Source of the DNA: Callorhinchus milii
Taxonomy: Eukaryota
Assembly (NCBI RefSeq): GCF_018977255.1
Contig: NW_024704751.1
Coordinates: 9,114,001-9,178,000 of the forward strand
Direction of reading: 5' to 3'
Length of the DNA: 64,000 nucleotides
Numbering within the stretch: position 1 is the stretch's first letter; every line of letters starts with the position of its first letter. Shown piece after piece: positions 39,655 to 52,500 of the stretch. The notes beneath the pieces were generated by a model. It had not been told where the DNA came from. It saw only the letters and a program-made list of their open reading frames with translations, and did not search any database. The position numbers and the translations under genes were made by a program.

Positions 39655-40527
39655 TTTTTTAATTTCTCATTTTCTTCTCCGAGTTCATCCGTTGAGGATC
39701 AATATAATCTACAGAAAGTGAAACATCATTACCAAGCCAAAAAATAATAATAATAATAATAATAATCAGAGCAATTTATCAAACCCTAACCACAGTCCAC
39801 TGTCTATTCTCTAATCAACTGAGTTACACTCTCAACAATCCACTTGCAGTAGCACAGAGACTGCAGTAGGGTCCTCTCTGTCCCTTCTGATGAAGCCTCA
39901 CACACCGGAACGGTAACCTGCCTTTCCCTATCGGACGGTCATCGATATCCAACACTGTTGATATCCGGCATTTCGGTTCAGAGTTCCAGCATACCCAGTT
40001 TTTTTCCTTTTTCAACTCGTTCTCAGTTTATTTTCCTTTTTTTTTTTTAAAACTCGTTCAAAGGTTTGAAGAGGTCCGTCCGACCCCGAACTCCTTGGTT
40101 TTGGTAACGTCTTCCTCAAGGACATGTCGGAGAGGGGGAAGGAGACAGAAAGATGGTCCCAATGTTCGGTGTCTTCCCCCCCTCTCCCCGCAGCTCAGCG
40201 ATGTAAAAAGGGGCAAACGGACCATGCGGGAGGGAAACACAGTCCGTCCAGGCACCGGTCACCAGCACACGTACAGCAGTGTTTGGACACACAACACAAG
40301 AGACAGGACTAGGATACAAAAGCACGCACTGCGACTCCCTTTCATTCCACTGTACAGAACCAGATAAGCATTATGTGTCGCAAGTGACAGCAAGGCTAAC
40401 TTTTTTTTCTTTCTTTTGTTTGATTTTTTTTCTGGGGGAGAGGAGTGGGGGTGGGGGGGAGGGGGAGGAGTTTGTTGCCGTCAATCCCAGCAGGTTGATG
40501 TGGATGAGTCCTCACCCCAGTCTTGGG

Positions 40528-43500
40528 CTACACGTCTGTGGAGAAGTAGAGGGTGTTTCTCTTGAGTTCGGTGATGGAGATGGGAGGGTGTTGCAGGTAG
40601 TACAGGAGCACCTGGACCTGGGGAGCGAACACAAGTGACAGAGGGTCAGTTTTTAAACTGCTCGGTGATAGCCCACTCTCATGCCCACATTCTGTCCTTC
40701 GGATGAGACATTAAACTAAGTCCACGTCTGCCTGTTCAGGTGGACGTTAAAGATCCCGCAGCGCTATTTGAAAAGAGAAACGAGTTTCTCTCTCTCCCCC
40801 GTTGTCCTGGCCAACAATGCCCCAAATAAAATTGGTCGCTCACTTCTTCTTGGCTGTTTGCGGGACGCTGCTGTGCGCAATTGGCTGCCGTGTTTCGCCC
40901 ACAAAATAGTCAGTTCGCTTTACGGTGTATTCTGTGAAGCGCTTTGAGACGTCTCGACGGCGTGATAAGGCGCTGCATCAAATGCCAGGATTATTATTAT
41001 CAACATCATCGGCCACAGGATTCCCCCCGTCAGCGAGCTGTCTGTTGGCCTGCAAGGCATTGAAGTTCCTCAAAAGCGACCACCAGATGGAGCGGTAACT
41101 CCACCAGATTTCATTGCTTTAGCCTCTGCAGCAGATGGCTTTTTTTTTGTACTTCACTCAGATCTATGTTCCATTTCAAACATAGTCCACGCTCCTCTCT
41201 AACTCAGCACAGGCACAGAGACTGACACCCTCTCTCCAGTGGCTGCAATGGTTTCCATAATCTTTACTCTCTTAAGATCTTGACAAGTGCAAATGAGTTT
41301 TTATTCTGGCTTTACCTGGGCTGAGCTGAGCCCCGGGGCTCCTGACACTGGGTTATTCTGGGGCTTCTTTGCCTCCTTCCCCCATCTTCAATTCGCACCT
41401 GAAGACCTTCCTCTCCGAGCGTGCCTACGGTTACCTCACCCTCCCCCCGCCACCCCCCCCCAGGCTCGGCATCGTGCTCAGCCACTGTCAATCGCTCTGG
41501 GACCCACAAACTAATCGAAGTGTTTGTTATCCACCAGTTCTCCATCCTCCGCTCTTTCCTCTAGATGTTCAGCTGACCTGGTGAGAGGCGCTACATAAAT
41601 ACAAGTTGTTGTTACTCTGGCCCCTCACGACACTGGGTGACGCTGGTTGTACCTGTGCCATGACATCGTGTGACCAGATGTCGGAGACGGAGTTGGTGTG
41701 ACTCTTGCTCTCGGACTCTGAGGGTCTCAGTAGAGTCGGCCCAAATACGGTGGCCAGGTTGTGTAGCGACATCTTGTTAATGGGCTCCTTCTCAGCCACC
41801 CTGTGACACAGACAAACCCACTGTTACAACACATAACGCTCCCCCACCCGACCCCTCCCCATCCTTGAACTCCCCTCCACCCGACCCCTCCACAACCCTT
41901 TAATCCCTCCCCACCCCACAGATCCTGTCCAACTTATCCCCCGTGACCACCACCTCCACCCCCCCGCCGGGGTAACTCGGGCCCGACGTGCATTTCTCAC
42001 CCCACCACTGCCGGCCAAGCCTTCAGTCACTCCGTCCCACCCTCTGTAATTTACCCTTAAATTCTAAACCCCCCCGCCCCCGTCACCAGTTTGTAAATCA
42101 GCTGAATTCCCCCCAGTCAGTCTAACTAAATACAAGTCCTTTTTAGAGGCGGGGACAGATACAGACTATGTCCTGCTTTCCTGGCCATGACTCCTCACCC
42201 CCCACTCATCCTCAGTGTTGCTATTATGAATGGTTGGTATGATCCCGCACTGACCCCATCCCCATCTCTGCCCCGGGGAGTGAGCACTTACCCTTTCATG
42301 TGGTCGAGGAGGGAGAGGAACGTGTTGAGGTTGGGGTCTGGTAGCGAGCGGAGCAAGTGCATCATACAGTTCTCCTTGGCTCCTGGATCGGACAGAGCTG
42401 AGAGAGAAGAGAGTAATTAACAACAACGTTTGTCCCAGAGCGCTGGACTGTGGCGGTATCTGACACCGAGCCGGAGGGAGAGGGAGTCGGAGGGGAGAGA
42501 GACGCAGCTCGCTCAGCAAACTCCGTAAGGTCTAGGTACAGGTTGGTGAGAACCAAGGCTCTGGGTGTGTGTTGGCTGACGTACTGCTGGGGTTTATGTG
42601 TTAAGAGTGCGAGTCACTCACCGATGCCCTCCACGAAGGCTGGGTAGAGACGGTCAGTCAACAGGGGCTCGGGCAGCTCCCGGAAGTAGAGCTTAAGGGT
42701 CCCAGCGATGGCGTTGATATCCAGGTCACTCAGCATCACCAGCATGTCCTTGGTGTCTGCAATGGAAGCAACTCACTCATAATAAATAATAACAATAAAT
42801 CACTCACTCACTGATTCACACAGGACGGCCCTCTGCATCACCCCCCTCACCCCCCACCCCACGCACACTTCATTCAGCCTCAGCCTGTTTGTGGGACACT
42901 GACACTGCGCAACTGGCTGCTGAGTTTCGCCCCCGAAATAATAGTCACTACACTTTACAGTATATTCAGTGAAGCGCTTTGAGACGTCGCGACGACGTGA
43001 TAAGATGCTTTATCAAACGCAAGGATTATTATTATTATAAAGCCCTGCTGTAGCTCCATGCTGTGTGCTCAGTCACTGGCTGCATCTCAGGGTAACCGAT
43101 GTCCTAACACAGGCTATTGATCATTACATCAGTCACTGGACAGAAACACTCACTCATGTCGAAGGCAGATTTCAGAGCCTGGATGTCGGTGGCCACACCA
43201 GAGATCCTGTAGATTCCCACCTCCTCGATCCCTCGCTTCTCCACCTCCTCGATACATTGCCGCACGAGGTACGGCACCTTGGAGCGCTCCCGCCTGGGAT
43301 AGAGGGAAGATGGTCACGGTCTCGTCACACCATCGTGTGTTGGAGCTGCATCCACAGACTGTACTCAACAGGCAAACATACCAAACACCCACATAGCAAA
43401 CAGGTAACACACCCAATACCCATGCATAGCAGGTACACCCAGCCACAACCAACACACATACCCACACAGCTGCAATACAATACATAGTCACACGGCCACA

Positions 43501-46500
43501 ATACACACCCAGTCTTAATACACACACACAGCCACAATACACACACACACAGAGCAGGACTCAGGGGCCAGGACTCACTTTGTGACGACGCTGATTTTCA
43601 CCCCGAAGACACCGGTCTGCTTTTTGGACGGAGTTCGTTTGAGACTTAGGTCTCGGCTGGTGAATTTCATGGACAGCTCCACCTCGATCTGAAACAAAGC
43701 GGGTTGTGTGATTTTGGCTCTCGGTGTGTGCGTGTATGTGTGTGCGCGCGCGTGTGTGTGTGCGTGCGTGTCACTATCTCCCCACATTCGGAGCATAAAC
43801 GTCCAACATCGGCCTGCCTCCCGGCTCAGTCTGGAGAAGGGGGCAATTGGAGGCCAGTAACAGGGCAAACCCCATTGTTACAGTCACGGGCGTATCATAC
43901 AGATATGGTCTGACACAAGACCCACTACAGCCGTCACCCAAAGTAGTGACGCGTGTCTCACCCAGAGTTACAGGCAGTCAACCAGTCCGTGTTCTCTACA
44001 TGTGCAGAGAGTAGATTGTGTACAGAGCGGTGAATAGCTTGACCCTGAGCAACTGAACAGGAGTGGGAGGGGTGCGTATGGGAATGCGTGGCACAGGGGA
44101 GGGGGCACTGGGCAGTGGGGAGGGGGGGGGTTGCTGTGCAGGGGAAGGGGAAATATTCTCAAGGGCTCCTGTCTGTCTTTCTGTCTTGAGAGTGGCCAAT
44201 AGAGGAACCTGCACTCACTCACTCACTCACCCCGTTCATTTCAATCACCGCTGTCTGCCAACTCCTTGTCTGTGCCATCTGCGAGTCCAACTGCGAGAGA
44301 GAGAGAGGGAGAGGGTTAATTAAACACTCAGTGGACTCAGTAAAACAGCACAGCGACCGTGTTCAGTGCTGAATCCTCCAGGGCAACGCTGGGCAGCTCT
44401 CAGTATCACTCGACTATGAGCCCAAGAAGTCAAGCAGCGTTAAACGAGAGCGATCACCCTCCCTGCTCTGCTCTCTGCCAGCTGGGGTTTGTTTGGGTGA
44501 AAGTGTTCCAACCCTCTGATGGAAAGGCTGTTTCCACGGAGCCAGTAGTGAAGGGCCTCCTACGTACACAGACTCCAGGAAACAAGCACCCATCATAAAT
44601 ACTTACAGCATCAGCTTAATAAGCGAGAGAGAGAAAGAGCCAGCACACACACACACACACACTCCAGCAGCAGCTGGACCTCAGACTGTTGGGCTGCCAG
44701 AGAGGACCAGCCTCTAATTCAGTGCCTGGGCAAGTCTGTTGCCCACACCAACCCGAGGGCAAAGCACCACGCCATGGAGCATAGGTACGGGAGGAGGCCA
44801 TTCAGCCCCTTGAGCCTGTTCCGCCATTCTGTAAGATCGTGGCTGATATGTACCGCAACTCCAATTACCCGCCGGTGCTATAACGATTTATATTAGATAC
44901 ACAGTCACTACACTTTGCAGAAAAACTCTAGAAAGCACGTTGACGTTATATCAAATGTAACCCGTTCTATTAAGTGGATTTGTTCCCAGTAGGTAAAGGG
45001 TTAAGAAGACCGTTCAGGGTATTTAAAGGGACCAAAGGACATGGCTCACACCTGGTGTTGGGTGTCAGACAGAATCCTGTGAGTTAGGAGGGAGTCCACT
45101 CCCTGATACCCAACTGTTTGCTCTATTACACAGCTCAGATTTAAAGGGATTGTCAGCCAGGGCAAGCATCCTGCCACTGGCTCTGTTAGCGTCTCGGCAG
45201 CATTTTGGTTTGCTATACAGTCAGATATATACACTACAGGAATGCAAATGCCATACAGGAAAATACAGTCAATCCACTTTACAGTGTATCCTGTGAAGCG
45301 CTTTGAGACGTCTCGACGATGTGATAAGGCGCTACATCAAATGCAAGGATTATTATTCTTATTGCTGCTGCTGCTTGCAGTATGAGGTGGGGCCACAGAA
45401 TGGACCTTGGTGATAAATGACAGAGATTAGAACGAGAGAGTAAGCGCGGGTTGTGACCTTTTGTCTGAGCAGTTTGCTCCTCACTCGCCCCCACAGCCTG
45501 GCCCCCGTGTTGGCCTGTTTTTTGCTCAGGGGCCGGTCGGATCCCAGCACGCAGCCCCGCTCCAAACCCTCGCACACCGACTGCAGGCTGCCCTCCGACA
45601 CCACTACCTCAGTCATCCTCGCTCCTCGCTCCAGCAGCTCCCAGCAAACCCCAGCTCTATCTGCTTCAGTGGCTCACGCAGAGAAGTGATAGAGAGAGAG
45701 CGAGAGAGAGGAGAAAGAACGTGAAGAGAAAGAGAGAGATGACAAAGAGACAGCGATAGAGAGAGAGAGAGAGAGAGAGTGAAAGGAAGGAGCAAGAGAC
45801 AGCCAAGAAACGACGAGAGAGAAAGAGACAAGACGTGAAAGTGAGGAGCAAGAGAGAGCGAGGGAGAGGAATAAGAGAAAGAAAGACAGCCAGAAGGAGG
45901 CAGCTACTGTGATGCTTCGGGCTCTGGGCAGCCTGTGATCTTCACCTCCTTTCACAGCTTCCCACTCGGAGGCAAAGGTAACCCACACACACACACACAC
46001 GCACACATCAGCAACAGAAAAACTTCAGAGACTCTCTCTCTCTCTCTCTCTCTCTCTCGCTCTCGTGCCCTCCTGTTGCGCCTTTAGCATTCCACTGCTG
46101 GAGAGGCCAGACAGTGCCCAGCACAGGCGGGGGAGTCAGTGATCGAGGGAGTCTCCAGGGAGCTGCTGATCACTGACTGACGTTGTGGGGGGTGGAGAGA
46201 GTGGTTGGGGGGTTGGTGGGGTGTGAGGTGGGGGGTGGGGGGGCAGCGATGTGCCCTGCCCTGCTCAGGCGCTGCTGCTTCAGTCTATAATCCTGGCCAC
46301 TGGGACCTCGCATTTGCCCCCCGGAGCTATACCACAGAGCTGGGAGGGGAGCGCTGTGGTGGCTCAGCCCCCGCCTCGTTCGGCGATCGCCCCTGTGGGA
46401 AGTGAGTCAGCCCCAGGTCTGGTGTCAGTTTCCTTAGCACAGTTCCATCAGCTGCCGTTCCCGCTCCCGCTCCATGTCTTCTCCACAAAACATTTTGTTT

Positions 46501-49500
46501 CCACCTCCTCGGCCACAGGTTTGGCAGAGAACGTCAGAGCAAACAGCTTTCTCCCAGATGTTCCTCGAAGTTCACTCGCTCGCTCTCTTTTGTTCTCTCT
46601 CTCTCTCGCTCTCTCTCTCTCGCTCTCTCGCTCCCTTCCTTTGTCTCTCGTCGCTTCACATGCAGTTCACTAAGTTCAGCTACTGTTACTGGAGGCTGCC
46701 ACTCCGCACTTTCTCTCTCTTTCTCTCTCTCCGCACTGCCGTCTGCAGTCAGTCAGTCAGTCAGTCACAGGGGCTCCCTGTGGGTCGAGCCGGGTGGCCG
46801 TCAGCACATTAACCCCTTCAATGACCCCACTGTCCACCATTCAAATTTCCAAGACTGAGGTGGATGGATGTTGGGTCAGGGTACCAAGGGATATGGGGCA
46901 AGGGCGGGATCTTATAGAATGGTGGAACAGGCTGGCTCAAGGGGCTGAATGGCCTCCCCCTGTTCCCGTAAACCTCAAGAACATCTGGAATGCCTCCCGT
47001 CATTTTCTAAGGAATTTTTTCCTTTGGAAATAATGCGCCAATTTCCTTTAATCTTTGGTAATGAGAGAGTCAGAGGAGAGGTTATTGCTCCCACTAACAA
47101 TGTTCACAGCTGGGTCTGCATTCCAGACTCCATCCCATTGGAATACAGCAACAACAACAACAAATTACATTTGTAGAGTGGCTTCCACCTCAGGAGGGCA
47201 TCCCAGAGAGCAAGCTTGTTAAAGGGCTCAGCTGTGGGAAGCTCAATGGGACTGAGCCACTTATATTGTCAAACCAACAGACCCAGACTCAGAGGTCCTT
47301 GGTGTTTAATATATGTATATATATATATACACACACACACGCACACACACACACACACATACATGTGCCCCTCCTATCTCTCAGACTTTTCTGCACCCTG
47401 ACAATCATTCTCCCGCCTGTGGCAGGCGAGCCCTCGGGAGTGAAAGGGTTAAATGTGGACCAATGGGAACCCCAGAGACCTGGAGTCTTGGGAAAGCCAA
47501 ACCTTTGATCCGGAGATGTTCATATTTAGCAACAAGAACAACAAAGTGTGAGGCGCATCTCAGGTCACAGAGAGAGGGTGGGAGGGGGAGAGAGAGAGAG
47601 ACCTACACTGGAAACTACTGTGAACTGAAATGAACTGAACTCTCCCCCCTCACCACCCCCCCACAGTGTGAGGAATGTTCTTTTATCAGCAACATCTCCT
47701 GAGGAAGGTGGGGGGAGCGGGAGGGGGGGGGGGGGTGCGGGAGGAGGTCAGGACTTCATATTTCTATTTGGGTTCTCACACACAGCAGGTTCCACGCCAG
47801 GCACCATCCAGGTGTGGGCTATCGAGAACTCGGGAGAAAAGAATCCCCCTCCCAAGCTACACACACCGCACTCCCACACCGGCCACAGACCGAGCCACGG
47901 ACTGGCCCCTCACAAAGCTTCCCCGCACCCCCCCACCATCATTGGATGGTCACCAAGGGACAGTGATAACCAGAGAACGCTCCTGATCAGCTCCCCCATT
48001 AACTGCAACAGAATCCGTGTGTCTTTGTGACACTGAACAGGAACAGGAAGCCAATGTACAGGTGATAGCCTGGACAACACACAGCGCGTACTGAGCGACA
48101 ATGGACTGCGTGTACCCAGTGTGTATCGAGTGCTCGCCTGGCTCGTGTACACACACACACACGCACACACACACACACACACACACAGCCCTCATTGCAT
48201 TCACACCCAGAAGACTGTCACGAGTTGGTCATTTGAAATCCCACAGTTTGAGCCCACACGAGGTGGATTGCAACTACCCGGAACTCATGTGTTTTGAGTT
48301 GGATATTTGGGGCCTCTGATCTTCAAGGGGTTAATAAATCCCACAAAGCCTTGTCCCTGTGAGTGCAGAGGGACCGGCCCCACAAATAAACAACGACTGA
48401 AATAGATTGGGGTCACGGCCCCGACTTCTCACAGCCCAGTGCCGGCCGATAGAGAAACGCAGAGCTTTCTCACGCTGTCCCAATCCATCCCTGACGTCAG
48501 AGAGAGATAGAGAGAGAGAGAGAGAGATAGAGAGAGAGAGACACACTCACTCACGCAGACACACACATATATATCTGACAATAACTGCCACAGCCATGAG
48601 AAACGTGAGGCACCGCGATGCCCACCCCCCCCCCACTCCCCCTGAACCAAACCAAACTGCATGGAGACACCAGAGCCAGCACAACAACAACAATGACATT
48701 TACACAGTCCTTTTCACGTCAGGAGGATGTCCCAGGGCGCTGGACAGTCAAGAGTTTGCACCCAAACTGGGGGTTGGGATCAGGAGGAATGGAGGGTAGG
48801 GAGGGTGGGGGTACGAGGGTGACCGAAGGCGCGGTCGAAGACAAAGATCTTGAGAAGAGCTTTGTTGGAGACGAGAGAGGGTTGGAGTGAGGCGAAGGGA
48901 TTGTGGGATGGAGTTCCAAAGGGTGGGGGCAGAGAGGCTGACGGCCCGACCGCTGATGGTGGGACAGGCCAGGCGGGGAAAGGTGGAGCAGGCAGGAGCC
49001 CGCTGAGGAGGGAGCGGACAGGTCTGTATGTGTTAGCGGGTCACAGCGGCAGGAGAGAAGCAAGGCCCTGTAGGGCTTTGAAAGTGACAAGGAGAAGGAT
49101 TTTATCCTTCTATCCTCTGGGGGATGGGAAGCCAGTGGAGCCGAGTGAGGAGGAGAATAATAATAATCCTTGCATTTGATACAACGCCTTATCATGTCTT
49201 CGAGACGTCTCAAAGCACTTCACAGAATATACTGTAAAATGAAATGACTGCGTATTTTGTGGGAAAAAGGCAGCAGCCAATTGCACAGGATGGGGGTGAT
49301 AGGGTCAAGGAGAGGTAATGTCCCACAACCAGACCTATCTCTGCCCCGATCAGAATCTGCACCGATCTCTCCCAAGCCCATCTCAGACAGTTACTTGATG
49401 CTGACGATCAGATTAAAGGACAACCACTTTGTACAGCGCTGGGTACAGCCCAGACTGGTAATGTCAACTCAACCTCGCTGACCCCACATAGCAGAGGGAG

Positions 49501-52500
49501 AAAGAGAAAGAGAGAGCGAGCGAAAGCTGCCTGTTTGAGAGACATTGCCATTTAAGGGCATTATTTTATGTCTTCTACACTTTTTACTCATTGGAGAGAA
49601 CTCAGGCCGGGCCAGTGCTTCAGGGAGACAACGAAAACACCAGCTGCTCTCAGCACAGGCTCAGGGGAAAAACTGCCCCCTGGAGTGGGGGGGGGTTCTC
49701 GAGATTGCGGAGAAAAGCAAGTGAGACTCCTCTTCCCTCAACCCCCAGCAGGACCCGGAGAGCAGCGGGTACTGTGTGTGGAACTGTCCCTTAGTAAGAG
49801 GATTTGTCATTAGGAGGGGGGGAGGTTAACAGAGAGAGGAGCAGATGCTGTGTTGTGTGTGTCTGACAGAGACTATGTGTGGGTGTGTGTGAGAGTGTGT
49901 GTGTATGAGACTGTATGAGTGTGTATGAGAGTGTGTGAGAGTGAGCGAGTAAGTGTGTGTGGGAGAGGTTCCTACCTGCACCTGTCCTTTGCCCATGATC
50001 TTGTCCACGATCTCGTTGTCGTCCTTGTTCAGTTTACTCTTGTCGTACGACTTCTCGTAGCAGAGGATGCGCAGTGACTGGGAGCCCTCGAGCTCGATCT
50101 CAAACTCCTGCAGCGGAGACAAGGCTGAGCATCAACTCCAACCGGGAACAGGCGGCACATCCCACACGCACACATAGCTTCCTTGACAGCTAAAGTCACA
50201 TCCTCCTGCTACAGGCTAACCCGGGGTGGGGGGGGGGGGGAAGAGAAACAGGCTGCACATTCTCCATTACAGATTACATCAACAGCTACAGTCATCACTC
50301 ATCACACCCCAGCTACAGGCTAACTTGACAGCTAGTCATCACACACACACCCCAGGCTACAGGCTAACTTGACAGCTACAGTTGTCACAAAAAACCCACA
50401 GAAACGTTAAGCTCCCAGCAGATGTCGACGGCAGTTCAAAGGGTTCAACTGAGAAGATACTGTCGTTGCCATCCAACGAGAGAAAGGCTCCCGACAATCA
50501 CTGACCTCGTTCCAGTGGGGCTCATTTGTGTCCCTGAAAACCCGGGTCTTTGCTTTGCTGACAAAGTAGCCAAAGGAATCCACTTCCAATGTGCAATACA
50601 GACCTAGAGAGTGAGGGGAACAGAATGCGTGAGCGAGGGAGAGAGAGAGTGTGAGACAGAGAGAGAGACGATAACTTGCTCTTACACAGCGCCCTCACCC
50701 AGGGTAGTGCCTTGGGAGGGCTCGACAGTGGCGGAGCACAATGCCAAGTCTGGGGAGGGAGGGAGGGAGGGGGGGAGGTGACACCTGTCCAAGAGGAAGA
50801 TCTTCGGACGTGATCTGAAAACGGGGAAGGAGAGGGACATAGGAACAGGCGTTGGAGAGTTCGCCTTGTGTGGTTTTCTGGGTGGTTCAGGATGTGATAA
50901 CAACCCTCACATTTGATATAGCGCCTTATCACGTCTTCGAGACGTCTCAAAGCGCTTCAGAGGAGACCGTTAAAGTGAATTGACTGTATATTTTGTGGTC
51001 ATCTCCTCTGTCAGCACCAGTACACTCTGACACTGAGCGTGACTCACACACAGGCTGGGCGGGCTGGGTCCTGCTCTCTCTCTCTCTCTCCAAAAATACA
51101 TCAGGTGGGTCCCAGGCTGGGAACAGACGTCAAGAGAGACGTTCCCACGGTTATTCCAAGGCCAGCGTATTCACCCTCTTCTTCTCCCCTCCCAACCCCT
51201 TACTGTGTGTGAGTGTGTGTGTGTGTATGGGGGGGTGGGGGGAGAAGAGGGGACAATCACAGACACCACAGCAAGATCCAGACACTGCCTGACTTCCTGG
51301 GACCATGGTTGGATCCATTCATATTTTCAAGACTGAGGTAGAGGGATTGTTATTACGTCAGGATATCAAGGGATATGGGGCAAAGGCAGGTAATTGGAGT
51401 TGAGGTCCAGATCAGCCATGATCTGATAGAATGGCAGAAAGACGGAAAACGCGAGGCAGTGAAAGGATCAGTTCAGGAGAGCTGAGATCCCGAACGCAGT
51501 AACTGAGCATAACACGTGATTCTTTCCTCACCCTCACTCTCCCCTCCCCACAGCCGGCTGATGGCATTTGATTGTTGGGGGGGTAGGGGAGGGGGGGGTC
51601 TGGCGGGGTCTACGTCGGGGGAAGAGAGGAGGGGGGAACGTGCGGTACTCACTGGCCGAGTTCTCGAATCCTTTTGCCGACCGGACAATGACGTGGAGAA
51701 AGCCGTACAGCCCAGGAGACTCATCGTCTGTCACAACAAACACATTAATCGCTCGTTATTAAACTGCTTCTGTCCCTGTGCGAACGACAAAACATCATCG
51801 GTCACCCTCCTACCTCCGCCCCTCTCTGATCCCAAACCCCCCCCCCAGCTCAGGTGCGACACCCTCAGTTGTCCAGCGCCTTGGGACGTCCTCCCGACGT
51901 GAAAAGGCTCTGTGTAAAATGCAATTTGTTGTTGTTGTTGTTGTTGTTGTTGTGGTGGTGCCTCTCTCAGCTCAACCAACAGCCCCACCTTGTGGCGGTG
52001 ACGAGCACTGCCTCAGTGGGGAACCCTCGCTGAGCTCCAGCCGACACCAGCCCCGACTGTGAAAGGTCAGCGTTCACACACAGGGGCTCAGTCACATCTC
52101 CCAGGAGTGAGGCCGAGGAACAGTGAGCATCTCTCCGGCTCCGGTGCCCGGCGCAGTGCAGATCAGGCCGCCTGTGACCTGCTCGTCCACACAGCGACAG
52201 ACAGAAACAGGGAGGGAGGGAGGGAGGGAGCGAGGGAGGCTGATGTCAGACACTTACCCTCCTTGTTGCTGGTGACTGGGATGTTGTGGATTGTTCGGAG
52301 TTTCACACACGAGCCCGTCAACATCTGCAGCTCCAGAGAGCTCAGCACAAAGCCCTGCAGCTCTGCACATAGAGAGCGAGAGGCCGAGAGATCGAGCGAT
52401 CAGCAAACACGCCACCCGAGATTAACCTGCTTCACACACGCCCCACGTACACGCTCCCCACATCCTTCATCATCCCCCCCCACACACTCCAACACACTCA

